A stretch of 64,000 bases of DNA, from contig CP058732.1 in the NCBI GenBank assembly GCA_013414795.1, forward strand, positions 1,097,744 to 1,161,743, written 5' to 3'. The stretch comes from Candidatus Kapaibacterium sp. Lineage in GTDB: Bacteria; Bacteroidota; Ignavibacteria; Kapaibacteriales; UBA2268. The position numbers were made by a program, and so were the translations under genes. Positions 46,879-56,759 of the stretch are shown here, piece after piece (the stretch's first letter is position 1; every line of letters begins with the position of its first letter). Below the pieces are notes generated by a model. The model was not told the DNA's origin and searched no databases. It was given only the letters and a program-made list of their open reading frames with translations.

Positions 46879-48180
46879 TTAGCAACTCATAACTCTTTCC
46901 CAGAATGCTGAATTAAATAGAGGATCTTTGAATTGTAAAAAATTGTTTACTTCTGGATAAGATTCGTGGAATATTTTACTACTCATTCTTGCATCTTTGG
47001 CTGGATATAAAGCACCGCCAAAATCAACAACCGTACTATCGAGTTTATTGAGTTTTTGGAAAATATCTTGAGTAATTGGAAAGTCAATTGCAAGCGTTAG
47101 TCCTTCTCTTGGAAAAGAAAGTATTCCCGCTTTCGGTTTGTTTCCAAATGTTTTTAAGACGGTTAAAAACGAAGACAGACCCAGTTTTTTAATTTCGTTA
47201 AGTATTGTAAGTAAATTCCTTTCGCAATTATCTTTGGGTATAACAAATTGATATTGTAAAAATCCCTTTCGTCCGTAAAGATAGTTCCAATTGTTAACTC
47301 CATCCAATGGGTAGAAGAAAGGGTCGTAATGAATGATATGCTCTGCATATTTATCAAATTGCTTGGAGTAATACAGTGCATTAAAAATAAAAATAGAAAG
47401 ATTGTTTATTAGCGAAAATGGCAATACGAAAGGAATAGAAATTTTGGATTTTTTTTGTTTTACGCTTTGGTCTGAAAAAAAGTGATTTGCACGCTGGTAA
47501 ATTCCTCGAACCGAATTTAGACTTCCGTTGGTTAAATCCACCCAAGCGACGGTGTATTCGAAATTTTTCTCCGATGCATCATTGATTTCGAAGAATTCGC
47601 TAATGGACTTGAATTTAATCGTTTGAAGGTAAAGATATTCGCTGGGAATTTTTTTTAGTGTGAATTCTGCGTTCAATATTAAGCCAGTTAAACCTAAACC
47701 ACCAATTGTGGCTTGGAATAGTTCGGGATTTTCCTCTGGGGAACAATGAACTATCGACCCATCGGAACGCAGTAAATCGAAACTTTTCACATAGTGACCA
47801 AATGAGCCAGCCTTGTGGTGGTTCTTGCCGTGGACATCGTTGGCAATAGCCCCTCCAACAGTTATATATTTTGTTCCAGGTGTAACGGGAAGGAACCAAC
47901 CCTTTGGTACAATATGTTTTAATATTTGCTCTAATGTTACACCGCTTTCGCAGTGTAATATTCCATTCTCTTGATCAAAGCGAATAAGATGTTTCAATTC
48001 GGTTGTGTCGATTAAAATACCATTGTCGACCAAGCATACATCGCCGTAACTTCTTCCAAGACCAAATGGTAGTACTTTGTTGCAATTTTCAAAGACACTA
48101 CTTTCGTTTCGCCAGAAAATCTTTTTTACTTTCTTTGGTGATATTTTGGGATAAAGTCCCCAGGAATGGTATCTGTTCAT
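46879..48180 (-). CDS. FAD-linked oxidoreductase, DprE1-like (decaprenylphosphoryl-ribose 2'-oxidase)
   Basis: GLGRSYGD, PVTPGTKYITVGGAIANDVHGKNHH, FFYPLD, YG..GFLQYQ, LYPAKDARM. ATG 48180 overlaps the ubiA stop (ATGA). Confidence 0.88.
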   Translation of the reverse strand: MNRYHSWGLYPKISPKKVKKIFWRNESSVFENCNKVLPFGLGRSYGDVCLVDNGILIDTTELKHLIRFDQENGILHCESGVTLEQILKHIVPKGWFLPVTPGTKYITVGGAIANDVHGKNHHKAGSFGHYVKSFDLLRSDGSIVHCSPEENPELFQATIGGLGLTGLILNAEFTLKKIPSEYLYLQTIKFKSISEFFEINDASEKNFEYTVAWVDLTNGSLNSVRGIYQRANHFFSDQSVKQKKSKISIPFVLPFSLINNLSIFIFNALYYSKQFDKYAEHIIHYDPFFYPLDGVNNWNYLYGRKGFLQYQFVIPKDNCERNLLTILNEIKKLGLSSFLTVLKTFGNKPKAGILSFPREGLTLAIDFPITQDIFQKLNKLDSTVVDFGGALYPAKDARMSSKIFHESYPEVNNFLQFKDPLFNSAFWERVMSC

Positions 48181-49607
48181 AGTGCAAACGCCATCAACCA
48201 AACAACTATCATAATCACTTCTAGTAGAACCAAATATGGATTCTTCACAGAAACCAAGATTGGGTCATATTCGACTTTGGATTTAGTCGCCAGATTCCAA
48301 ATAACCATCATCCACAAAAGAAGCAAAAATGCATCCAACCAAAGAAAAGAAGGATGTTTGTACAAGGAAAAAACTTTTTCGCTGTTAATGTACAAAATGA
48401 AAACGATAACAGAAGCAAAAGAACTGCTTATTCCAAAAGTCTGAAAGAAATTCAAAGAATCTCGGGAGTATGGACTATTCAAGTTATTATTTTGCGTAAA
48501 GGATAGTTTTAAGTCGGAATATCTTTTAAATGTTGCAAGGGAAAGGAAAAAGAACATTGAAAAAGCAAGTAACCAATTGGAAATTGGGATACTCGTTGCT
48601 TCGCTACCAGCATAAAGTCTAATTACATAGAAAAGTGAAAGAAGGAAAATATCTACAACTGCTATTTGCTTTACCCAGAATGAATAAATTATGTTTAAAA
48701 CCAAGTAGAATGCACAGACAATAAAAAAGTTAACGCCAATGAAAAATGCTATCAATAATGAAGTAATAAGCACACTTAAGCCGATAAAAAATCCAGTGTA
48801 AAGAGAAAATAAACCTTTTGCAATTGGTCTGTTACGTTTTAACGGATGATTTCTATCGTTTTCGCAATCTACTATGTCGTTGAAAATATACAGAGAAGAT
48901 GCAAGGAAGGAGAAAGCAAAAAAAGCAAGAATTGAGTTTTGAATTGCTACAAGATTCTCGAATTGATGTGCCAAAAGCAAAGGGAGGAAAATCAGTAAAT
49001 TCTTTATCCACTGGTGCAATCTAATTAGTTTGAAGAAATCACGAAGTTTTGTCCTTTGGGAAAGCAGATTTCCAGCAAAGTTCTTTTTGTTTTTAACAAG
49101 GAAGTTCAAAAGATTTGAATTTGAAACCAGATAGGCTTTTTGGGCAACTGCCCAAATAGGGAAGTCACTAATCGAGTCACCAATGTAATCAAAATTCTTT
49201 ACGCCAAATTTTTGTGCGAGGAATTTTGCTTTATTTTTACCCTTCAGATTGTGGTCGTTATTCGAGCCGTAAACTTCGTCGAATAAATTTAATTCAGACT
49301 GCACTCGCTCGGCAATTGGTTGAAGCGAGGCAGTAACCAAAACTATTTTGTGATTATTATTTTTTGCATTAGATAGGAAATCGAGAACTTCTTTTCTATA
49401 TGGTAAGTTGCTCGATTCGTTTTTTGTTAATTCATAAAGCCTTTTTTTAAGATTTTGCTTGGATTTAAAAAGCCAAATGAAGATAATAAATAATTTTAAT
49501 GGATTTTTCTTGATAAATCTAATAACTTGTTCCGCAAGGATATCGGTTGAAATCAATGTATAATCCAAATCAACGCAAAGGACATTCTTCTGTTCTGCGT
49601 TCTCCAT
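48177..49607 (-). CDS. HAD-like domain plus UbiA prenyltransferase (polyprenyl-phosphate phosphoribosyltransferase-like)
   Basis: CVDLDYTL, VTAS, NLKG..K, YIGDS..D; R.HQWIKN, YIFND..D...DR.HP.K..RP. ATG 49607 preferred because TTG 49628 lies inside the promoter motif. Confidence 0.88.
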   Translation of the reverse strand: MENAEQKNVLCVDLDYTLISTDILAEQVIRFIKKNPLKLFIIFIWLFKSKQNLKKRLYELTKNESSNLPYRKEVLDFLSNAKNNNHKIVLVTASLQPIAERVQSELNLFDEVYGSNNDHNLKGKNKAKFLAQKFGVKNFDYIGDSISDFPIWAVAQKAYLVSNSNLLNFLVKNKKNFAGNLLSQRTKLRDFFKLIRLHQWIKNLLIFLPLLLAHQFENLVAIQNSILAFFAFSFLASSLYIFNDIVDCENDRNHPLKRNRPIAKGLFSLYTGFFIGLSVLITSLLIAFFIGVNFFIVCAFYLVLNIIYSFWVKQIAVVDIFLLSLFYVIRLYAGSEATSIPISNWLLAFSMFFFLSLATFKRYSDLKLSFTQNNNLNSPYSRDSLNFFQTFGISSSFASVIVFILYINSEKVFSLYKHPSFLWLDAFLLLLWMMVIWNLATKSKVEYDPILVSVKNPYLVLLEVIMIVVWLMAFAL

Positions 49608-49625
49608 TATGTTTTTGCAAAAAAG

Positions 49626-49633
49626 CAAAAATA
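49626..49633 (-). promoter_or_regulatory. -7 promoter element (TATTTTTG) of ubiA-dprE1
   Basis: caaaaata on + strand. Confidence 0.45.
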
Positions 49634-49690
49634 CGTAAGATTTTCAAATAATCTCAAGGGTGCTTATGTTTTGTATTATTACTTTAAAAA

Positions 49691-51853
49691 TCAGTAACTT
49701 AAAACAAGCTTAATTGCCGAATACACTTTATCTTCGGTTACAAGAACGAAGTTTTCATAATTCGGATGATATGGAATATGAGAGTCGTGCGATGCAACTC
49801 GTATCACAGGAGCATCAAGATAATTGAATGCATACTGGGAGACGGTTGAGGCAATTTCAGCGCCAAAACCGTTTGTCCAGGTATCTTCGTGTACAACAAT
49901 TAGTCGATTGGTTTTTCTAACAGATTCTAATACCAAATCCTTATCCCAAGGAATAATAGTGCGTAAATCTATAATTTCAATAGAATAGTTAGGGTTTTCT
50001 TTGATAAATCTTTTAGCCGCATTGAATGAGTCTTTGACACCCATACCCCAAGTAACAATAGTTAAATCTTTGCCTTCTTGAACAACTTTGCCTTTACCAA
50101 AAGGAAGTAGAAAATCCTTATCGGGTTCAATGGTAGTAGAAAAGGGATGTCGATACAAGCCCTTGTGTTCACAGAAAATCACGGGGTCTTGCAATCTGCA
50201 AGCGGTTTTCAACAGACCCTTGGCATCGGCTGCTGTCGAAGGATAGGCAATCATAAGCCCTGGAATGTGAGCAAAGATGGATTCAATGTTTTGTGAATGA
50301 TACAATCCCCCGTGAATATAGCCGCCAACTGCAACTCGAATTACCACGGGTGCAGAAAAGTTGCCATTTGAACGGTAACGCATCGTTGCTATTTCGTTTT
50401 TAATTTGCATAAATGCTGGCCAGATGTAATCCCCGAATTGCATTTCAACGACGGGTTTGAATCCACGAACTGCAAGACCGAGTGCAACGCCAGCAATTGA
50501 TGCCTCGGCGAGGGGGGAATTGAAAACTCGTTCACTTCCGAAACGTGTCGATAATCCTTTGGTGGCAGTAAAAACACCACCTTTTGGGTCGGCAATATCT
50601 TCTCCGAAGATTAACATTTTAGGATTATACTCCATTTCTTCGTGAAGAGCGTGGTTGATAGCGTCGACCATAACTATTTTTTCGCCTTCGGTAGGAACTT
50701 TATCTGAATAAGGAAGATTACGTGTTTCAATTGGAGCAAACACGTGTTTTATTGCATCCTCTGGATTTGGGTCGGGTTCTTCCCAAGCCTTATCTGCTGC
50801 GTAGTCGATTTCTTTGTTAACAGTTTCAAGAATTTCGTTTAGTTCATCGTGAGTTGCAATGTTGTGATTTATTAAATATGATTGCAATTTTTTAATTGGG
50901 TCTTTTTCAAATGCCTTTTCAAGTTCATCTTTGGAGCGATACTTTCGGTGGTCGTCGCTGGAAGAGTGTGGAAGAAGCCGTTCGACAAGCGCGTGTAGAA
51001 GCACTGGTCCACAACCAGATGTAGTGTAATCCAATGCTTCGCGGGCAGCGAGAAGAGATTCGAAAAAGTCTGTTCCGTCGAATGTTTTAATTTTTAAATT
51101 GGAGTAACAACAAAATGTGTGGCCAACAGTTTCTCCCATAGACTGGTGTTCCCGAGGAACTGATATTGCATATTTGTTGTCTTGGATGCAAAAGATAACG
51201 GGAAGTTTCTCTCGTGCAGCCCAATTCACCGCTTCGTAGAATTCTCCTTCGCTTGTTGCTCCTTCGCCAGAATCAACGTATGTAACTTCGTCGCTTTTTA
51301 GATATTTTGTGGCAAGTGCTGTTCCCACAGCATTAAGGTATTGAGTTCCAGTTGGCGAAGAAGCAGTCGGCATATTCAACTTCGGATGGCCATAGTGCCC
51401 AGGCATTTGTCGTCCACCGCTGGCTGGACAATTAGGCTTACCATAAGCCATAAGAAAATATTCATATGGAGTAACTCCCAACGTGTAGGCTAAACCTACA
51501 TCGCGATAATACAACCAGAACCAATCTTTACCAGGTCTTAAAGTCAATCCAATTGCAACTTGAATTGCTTCGTGCCCACTACCACCAATATGGAAAAACG
51601 ACTTCCCTTGCTTAAGCAATTTCAAGTGCTTGTCGTCTGTAAGCCTTGCTTGTAGCATAAGTTTGTATGCCTTCAACATAAATTCTTTACTTAATTCAAG
51701 TTGAATGTGTGGTGGTATATCTTTTCGAAGGCTTACTGGCTCGCGTGAACAAGCGGGACCGCGGTTGTGAATGCAGTAATTGGTTTCGAACGAACTTGCA
51801 ATTTCTTGCGAAATAATTTGGTCTGATAAATCCAAATAAGAATTTTTTGCCAT
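49691..51853 (-). CDS. Fused E1 alpha/beta 2-oxoacid dehydrogenase (probably branched-chain)
   Basis: GHEAIQ, GRQMPGH, GEGATSEG...N TPP motif, HSSSDD, GGVFTAT, SPLAEASI, GGLYHSQ. Confidence 0.93.
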   Translation of the reverse strand: MAKNSYLDLSDQIISQEIASSFETNYCIHNRGPACSREPVSLRKDIPPHIQLELSKEFMLKAYKLMLQARLTDDKHLKLLKQGKSFFHIGGSGHEAIQVAIGLTLRPGKDWFWLYYRDVGLAYTLGVTPYEYFLMAYGKPNCPASGGRQMPGHYGHPKLNMPTASSPTGTQYLNAVGTALATKYLKSDEVTYVDSGEGATSEGEFYEAVNWAAREKLPVIFCIQDNKYAISVPREHQSMGETVGHTFCCYSNLKIKTFDGTDFFESLLAAREALDYTTSGCGPVLLHALVERLLPHSSSDDHRKYRSKDELEKAFEKDPIKKLQSYLINHNIATHDELNEILETVNKEIDYAADKAWEEPDPNPEDAIKHVFAPIETRNLPYSDKVPTEGEKIVMVDAINHALHEEMEYNPKMLIFGEDIADPKGGVFTATKGLSTRFGSERVFNSPLAEASIAGVALGLAVRGFKPVVEMQFGDYIWPAFMQIKNEIATMRYRSNGNFSAPVVIRVAVGGYIHGGLYHSQNIESIFAHIPGLMIAYPSTAADAKGLLKTACRLQDPVIFCEHKGLYRHPFSTTIEPDKDFLLPFGKGKVVQEGKDLTIVTWGMGVKDSFNAAKRFIKENPNYSIEIIDLRTIIPWDKDLVLESVRKTNRLIVVHEDTWTNGFGAEIASTVSQYAFNYLDAPVIRVASHDSHIPYHPNYENFVLVTEDKVYSAIKLVLSY

Positions 51854-51900
51854 TTTTGTATTCCTATTTATTTAAAATTTTTACAATTTTGTTTGACTAA

Positions 51901-51908
51901 CAAATTTA
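51901..51908 (-). promoter_or_regulatory. -7 promoter element (TAAATTTG) of the E1 gene
   Basis: caaattta on + strand. Confidence 0.45.
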
Positions 51909-51955
51909 TTAATTTCTCTAAAATTAACGAATATTGACGATGAAAATTTAAAATT

Positions 51956-53107
51956 ATGAGTTGGAATAGTATTATTGGACAAAAAAAAGTCAAAGAATAT
52001 TTTCGGCGAGTTTTCGCAGAAGGAGTATTAGCAAATGCCTATTGCTTCTATGGTGTGGAGGGAGTTGGAAAATTTGCTACTGCGCTTGAGATAATAAAAA
52101 CTGCAAGTTGTCTTAAACCAAAATTAATTGATGGATATCGTGAATCTTGTGGAGAATGCCAAAATTGTATAGATATTTTAAATCTTAAATTTCCGAATGT
52201 TGAATACATTTTTTCTTTGCCTTCTGGGAAAGTATCAGAAAAAGAAGACAGTTCAATTGTTGAATCACTGTCCGATGCATTAATTGAGGAAATAAATTTA
52301 AAATTGAAAGAAAAAATTGCCAATCCGTATGCGAAATTTTCAATCGAAGGCGCGTCGCAAATTAAAGTTGCTCAAATTCGAGAATTAAGAAAAGCCCTTG
52401 CGCTTTCAAATTCCTTGCCTGGACGGAAATTTGTCGTATTCTTTAATGCAGAGGAAATGCGTATTGAATCTCAAAATGCTTTTTTGAAAACTCTGGAGGA
52501 GCCTCGAAGTGATATTACATTCTTTCTTTTAACAACAAAACGCGAAGGGCTATTGCCAACGATTCTTTCCCGTTGCCAACAGATATTTTTTCCACCCCTT
52601 TCCGACCAAGAGATAGCCTTCGTTTTAAAGCAAGAAAATAAATTGAGCGAGGACGAAATTAAAATTATTTCACGCTTCGCTAATGGTTCATTAACAAGAG
52701 CATACGAACTTGTTGGTGCCAATTTAAAGGATTTGCGCAATAGTTTAATTGATTTATTAAGAATATCTTTGAAGAAAGAATTACCTGGAAAGCAACTTGT
52801 AGACAAAATCAATGAACTGACAAGCGGAATGGATAAAAAAATGGCTCAGACTTGTTTGCATTTGTTGGGCAATTGGCTTCGGGACGCTGTTGTCGTTGCA
52901 AGTAACGGTTCTGATTCGTTGGTTGTAAATATTGATGATTTAGAGACTTTAGAGCGATTTGCAAATAAATTTGTTAACGAAAATATTAACCAAGCGTTCG
53001 AAGTAATTGAAAATGCAAACTATATGATTTTTTCGAATGTTCAAATTCCCAACGTATTTTTAAACCTTTTTCTTGAAATCAGAAAACTTTTGATAAAGAT
53101 TAGTTAA
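51956..53107 (+). CDS. holB: DNA polymerase III subunit delta-prime
   Basis: WNSIIGQ, FYGVEGVGK, C...CGECQNC zinc motif, NAFLKTLEEP, LLPTILSRCQ. Confidence 0.92.
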   Translation: MSWNSIIGQKKVKEYFRRVFAEGVLANAYCFYGVEGVGKFATALEIIKTASCLKPKLIDGYRESCGECQNCIDILNLKFPNVEYIFSLPSGKVSEKEDSSIVESLSDALIEEINLKLKEKIANPYAKFSIEGASQIKVAQIRELRKALALSNSLPGRKFVVFFNAEEMRIESQNAFLKTLEEPRSDITFFLLTTKREGLLPTILSRCQQIFFPPLSDQEIAFVLKQENKLSEDEIKIISRFANGSLTRAYELVGANLKDLRNSLIDLLRISLKKELPGKQLVDKINELTSGMDKKMAQTCLHLLGNWLRDAVVVASNGSDSLVVNIDDLETLERFANKFVNENINQAFEVIENANYMIFSNVQIPNVFLNLFLEIRKLLIKIS

Positions 53108-53157
53108 AAAGTTTTAAATTTGGTTCCAAATTTTATGAAAAATTAAACTTTTCGAAA

Positions 53158-54660
53158 ATGGCAAAAAAAGTAAGAACATCGAGAAATGGCGATAACGAGA
53201 ATTTAGTTTCATTACTGGGGAATTTTGTCCCTCCGCATTCAATCGAATCTGAAATGGCTGTCCTTGGTGCTATGTTGCTTGATAGTTCTGCTATCACGAA
53301 ATCGCTTGAAATGTTGACCAAGGATAGTTTCTATGTTGAACGAAACAAATTGATTTTCGAAACCATTGTTCAAATGTTTGAAAAAGGAATACAAGTCGAT
53401 GTTCTTACGGTTGCCGAAGAATTAAAGAGGCGGAACAAGTTCGACTTGGTAGGCGGTAGCGAATACCTTGCAAGTTTGATGGAAAATGTGCCAACAGCAG
53501 AGAATGTCGAGGATTATTGCAAAATAATATTGGAACGTAGTTTCAATCGAGAACTGCTTAAGGTGTGTGGAGATATTATTTACGAAAGCCTAAAAGGCGA
53601 GACCGATTCTCTCGAATTAATCGATAAAGCCGAAAGAATGATTTTCCAGATTGCCGAAAAAAGATTTTCGAAAAATTACGTAGGAATACGAAAAGTTTTG
53701 CATAATATCATTGAACAACTCTCCCAGATGGTCGAAGGAGAAAATAAAGGCTTGACGGGAGTTCCCAGCGGTTTCATAGATTTGGACCGATACCTTGGTG
53801 GATTTCAAAAATCCGATTTGATTATCATAGCGGCAAGACCCTCTGTTGGGAAAACTGCTTTTGCACTTTCAATAGCGAGGAATGTTGCAGTCGATTACAA
53901 CATTCCAGTGGGATTTTTCTCCTTGGAAATGTCTGCCCAACAATTGACTTTGCGTTTAATTTCTTCTCAAACTGGGATAGAAAATCATAAAATTCGCACT
54001 GGTAATATAAATCGAAACGACTTGAAGGCAATATTAACTAAAATGACAAAATTATCCCAGGCACCGTTGTTTATTGACGATAGTCCAAAGATTAATCTTG
54101 TTGAACTGCGCGCGAAAGCCAGAAGGTTGAAGGCTGAGCACAATGTTGGAATTATTATTATTGATTATCTACAATTGATTGACCCACCAAAGGCTGAAAG
54201 TCGTGAACGAGAAATTTCTATAATTTCAAGGACATTGAAGCAAATTGCAAAGGAATTAGATATCCCAATAATTGCTCTTTCCCAGTTGAATCGAGTTGTT
54301 GAAACTCGAAAAGACCGAAGGCCACAGCTATCCGACTTACGTGAATCTGGAAGTATCGAGCAAGACGCCGATGTTGTTTTGTTTATTTATCGTCCTGAAA
54401 TCTACGGTATTAAAACTTGGGAAGGTAGTCAAGAATCGACAGAAGGAACTGCTGAAATTATCATTGGCAAGCAAAGGAATGGTCCGACTGGCTCCTTCCG
54501 AGTTGTCTACTTAAAAGACACATTGAGATTTGATAACGGAGATTTCCGCTATGTGGACGAGGATGTAATTGCTCCTTCTCCGTCCATTGAAGAGGATTAT
54601 TTCGAGGATTTAGATGTTGAAGAAGATGTGGATTTCGACGATACCGATGATAGTTTCTAA
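53158..54660 (+). CDS. dnaB: Replicative DNA helicase
   Basis: PPHSIESE, AARPSVGKT, FSLEMS, IDYLQL, ALSQLNR, DLRESGSIEQDAD, KQRNGPTG. Confidence 0.98.
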   Translation: MAKKVRTSRNGDNENLVSLLGNFVPPHSIESEMAVLGAMLLDSSAITKSLEMLTKDSFYVERNKLIFETIVQMFEKGIQVDVLTVAEELKRRNKFDLVGGSEYLASLMENVPTAENVEDYCKIILERSFNRELLKVCGDIIYESLKGETDSLELIDKAERMIFQIAEKRFSKNYVGIRKVLHNIIEQLSQMVEGENKGLTGVPSGFIDLDRYLGGFQKSDLIIIAARPSVGKTAFALSIARNVAVDYNIPVGFFSLEMSAQQLTLRLISSQTGIENHKIRTGNINRNDLKAILTKMTKLSQAPLFIDDSPKINLVELRAKARRLKAEHNVGIIIIDYLQLIDPPKAESREREISIISRTLKQIAKELDIPIIALSQLNRVVETRKDRRPQLSDLRESGSIEQDADVVLFIYRPEIYGIKTWEGSQESTEGTAEIIIGKQRNGPTGSFRVVYLKDTLRFDNGDFRYVDEDVIAPSPSIEEDYFEDLDVEEDVDFDDTDDSF

Positions 54661-55629
54661 TTAGAAGGGTAGTTTCGTTAGGTCTACATTTCCACCCGAA
54701 ATTATTATTCCGACTTTACTGCCCAAAAAAATTTCTGGATACTCTAATACGCCAGCTAATGGAACCGCACCAGAAGGTTCAACCACAATCTTCATTCTTT
54801 CGAAGAGCAACTTCATTGCTTGAATAATTGATTCCTCCGAAACAGTGATAATTCTTTCGACATTTTGTTTTATTATTCCAAAAGTTCTCTCTGAAAGCGA
54901 TGTTAAAAGCCCATCGGCAATTGTCTTTGGTTCCTGCGAGGGGTAAATTTTGTTATCTCTTATCGAACGAAATGCATCATCGGCACCTTTTGGTTCCACT
55001 CCAATTACTTTTGTAAAATTCGACAATGATTTTACCAAAATCGATGTGCCACTTAGTAGCCCACCACCACCGACTGGCGTTAGTATGAAATCTAAATTGG
55101 GTTGGTCTTCGAGTAGTTCTTTAGCACAAGTTCCTTGTCCAGCAATCACATAAAAGTTATCGTATGGGTGGATAAAAGTCGAATTTGTTTTTTGGAGGAA
55201 GGCACGCAATGTTTCTTCCCTGGACTTTTGATTTGGCTCGCAAAAAATAATTTCAGCCCCGTAGCCCTTTACGGCTTCCACTTTTGGCTTTGGGGATGTT
55301 TTAGGCATAATGATAGTTGCTTTCGCTCCAACTATTCCCCCCGCATAAGCAATTGCTTGAGCGTGGTTTCCAGATGAATGAGTGGCTATTCCATATTTCA
55401 ATTGCTCTTTCGATAATGAAAGAACAGCATTTAATGCTCCTCTGGCTTTGAATGCCCCAACTTTTTGAAAATTTTCACACTTGAAGAAAAGTTTACAACC
55501 CCCAATCTCATCAATAGTTTTGCAAGTAAGGATTGGAGTTCTATGTATAAATGGTTCTATTAATCTGTGTGCTTCAACAATATCATTGAATGTAGGAATG
55601 TTAGGTTCATTCTTCTGGTTCCATTCCAT
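54661..55629 (-). CDS. PLP-dependent serine/threonine dehydratase or serine racemase-like protein
   Basis: FKCENFQKVGAFKARGA, HSSGNHAQA, PVGGGGLLSG, VEPSGA, SGGNVD. Confidence 0.9.
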   Translation of the reverse strand: MEWNQKNEPNIPTFNDIVEAHRLIEPFIHRTPILTCKTIDEIGGCKLFFKCENFQKVGAFKARGALNAVLSLSKEQLKYGIATHSSGNHAQAIAYAGGIVGAKATIIMPKTSPKPKVEAVKGYGAEIIFCEPNQKSREETLRAFLQKTNSTFIHPYDNFYVIAGQGTCAKELLEDQPNLDFILTPVGGGGLLSGTSILVKSLSNFTKVIGVEPKGADDAFRSIRDNKIYPSQEPKTIADGLLTSLSERTFGIIKQNVERIITVSEESIIQAMKLLFERMKIVVEPSGAVPLAGVLEYPEIFLGSKVGIIISGGNVDLTKLPF

Positions 55630-56104
55630 AGTTTTTCCATTCTTCTTTTGAAGGACCGTAAATGCCTGGGACTTTCAATCCAGATTGTCTCATTAGAACA
55701 GTGATTTGGGCTCTATGGTGTATTTCGTGTTTAAGAAAACCATAGAGAACTTGCTTCTTCGTCCACTTCTCTCCATAAATTTCGACCTCATCTTCAAGTT
55801 GATTGTCTGAAATTACATTTGGAATATGGTTTAACACTTTTTCAGTTTGCTCCTGATAAGCTCGGACGATTTCTTGAACATTTTCAAACCTCTGGTCTTT
55901 TTGGTGGTGCATTTCTTCGAGCCCGAATGTTTTTAGCATATCCACCAGAGACCAGATGATATGGCGGCAAATGGTTTCAATATTTCGTCCTTCTGAATAA
56001 ACTTTGGCTGAAAGAGAAGAATCCGTTAAAGAGTTGAAAATTTGTAAAGTTTTTTGTGATTCTTCCTTAAAATCAGAGATAAAATCTTGTACTTTGCAAT
56101 ACAT
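55607..56104 (-). CDS. DinB family protein
   Basis: RHI...KHEIHHRAQITVLMRQ.GL.VP.IYGP. Confidence 0.9.
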   Translation of the reverse strand: MYCKVQDFISDFKEESQKTLQIFNSLTDSSLSAKVYSEGRNIETICRHIIWSLVDMLKTFGLEEMHHQKDQRFENVQEIVRAYQEQTEKVLNHIPNVISDNQLEDEVEIYGEKWTKKQVLYGFLKHEIHHRAQITVLMRQSGLKVPGIYGPSKEEWKNYGMEPEE

Positions 56105-56155
56105 AATTACTCTAAATTTTATAAAATTGCAATTTAATATTTAAAAACATTACTG

Positions 56156-56755
56156 ATGTTCTCTTTTGTAAAAGGAAAAGTAATCAAGAAAGCCACTTCC
56201 TTTATTGAAATTGAAGTCAACGGCTTGGGTTTCGAAATAATGATGTCTTTGAATTCATTGAAGGATGTTGGCGAATTTGGCTCGGAGGCTTTGATTTACA
56301 CTTATATTGTTTTTCGCGACGATTCTTTCCAAATTTATGGCTTTTCAACTCGGGAGGAGAAAGAAATATTTCGTGAATTGATTAAAATATCTGGGGTTGG
56401 ACCAAAAATTGCTCTTGCGATTCTTTCATACTTAAAAGTTGAAGAGTTTATAGATTGTGTTGCAAAGAACGAAATCAAAAAATTGACAGGCTTACCAGGT
56501 ATTGGTAAGAAAACAGCCGAACGAGTTCTGCTTGAGTTTAGGGAAAAAGTTAAGAAATTAAAAGACAAAGAGCAACCAGAGTTAACAAGCGAGAGTATGC
56601 GAGTTTATGAAGAAACAATTTCTGCATTAACAGTGCTTGGATACCAGGAGAATAAAGTTAGAAGTTTGGTTTTAGAACTCATTGCAAAGTTGCCACAAAA
56701 CGAATTAACTGTTGAGAATGTGCTGAAGCACACTTTGAAGGAACTCGTAAAGTAA
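56156..56755 (+). CDS. ruvA: Holliday junction branch migration protein RuvA
   Basis: IYGF...EK..F..LIKISGVGPK.AL, LPGIGKKTAER, AL.VLGY. Confidence 0.95.
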   Translation: MFSFVKGKVIKKATSFIEIEVNGLGFEIMMSLNSLKDVGEFGSEALIYTYIVFRDDSFQIYGFSTREEKEIFRELIKISGVGPKIALAILSYLKVEEFIDCVAKNEIKKLTGLPGIGKKTAERVLLEFREKVKKLKDKEQPELTSESMRVYEETISALTVLGYQENKVRSLVLELIAKLPQNELTVENVLKHTLKELVK

Positions 56756-56759
56756 CAAA

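Noticed and set aside
53158..54660. Intein in DnaB
   Set aside because: Normal length with contiguous motifs
54655..54666. Perfect palindrome ttctaattagaa at the zero-gap dnaB/dehydratase junction
   Set aside because: Explained by both convergent genes ending in TTC TAA
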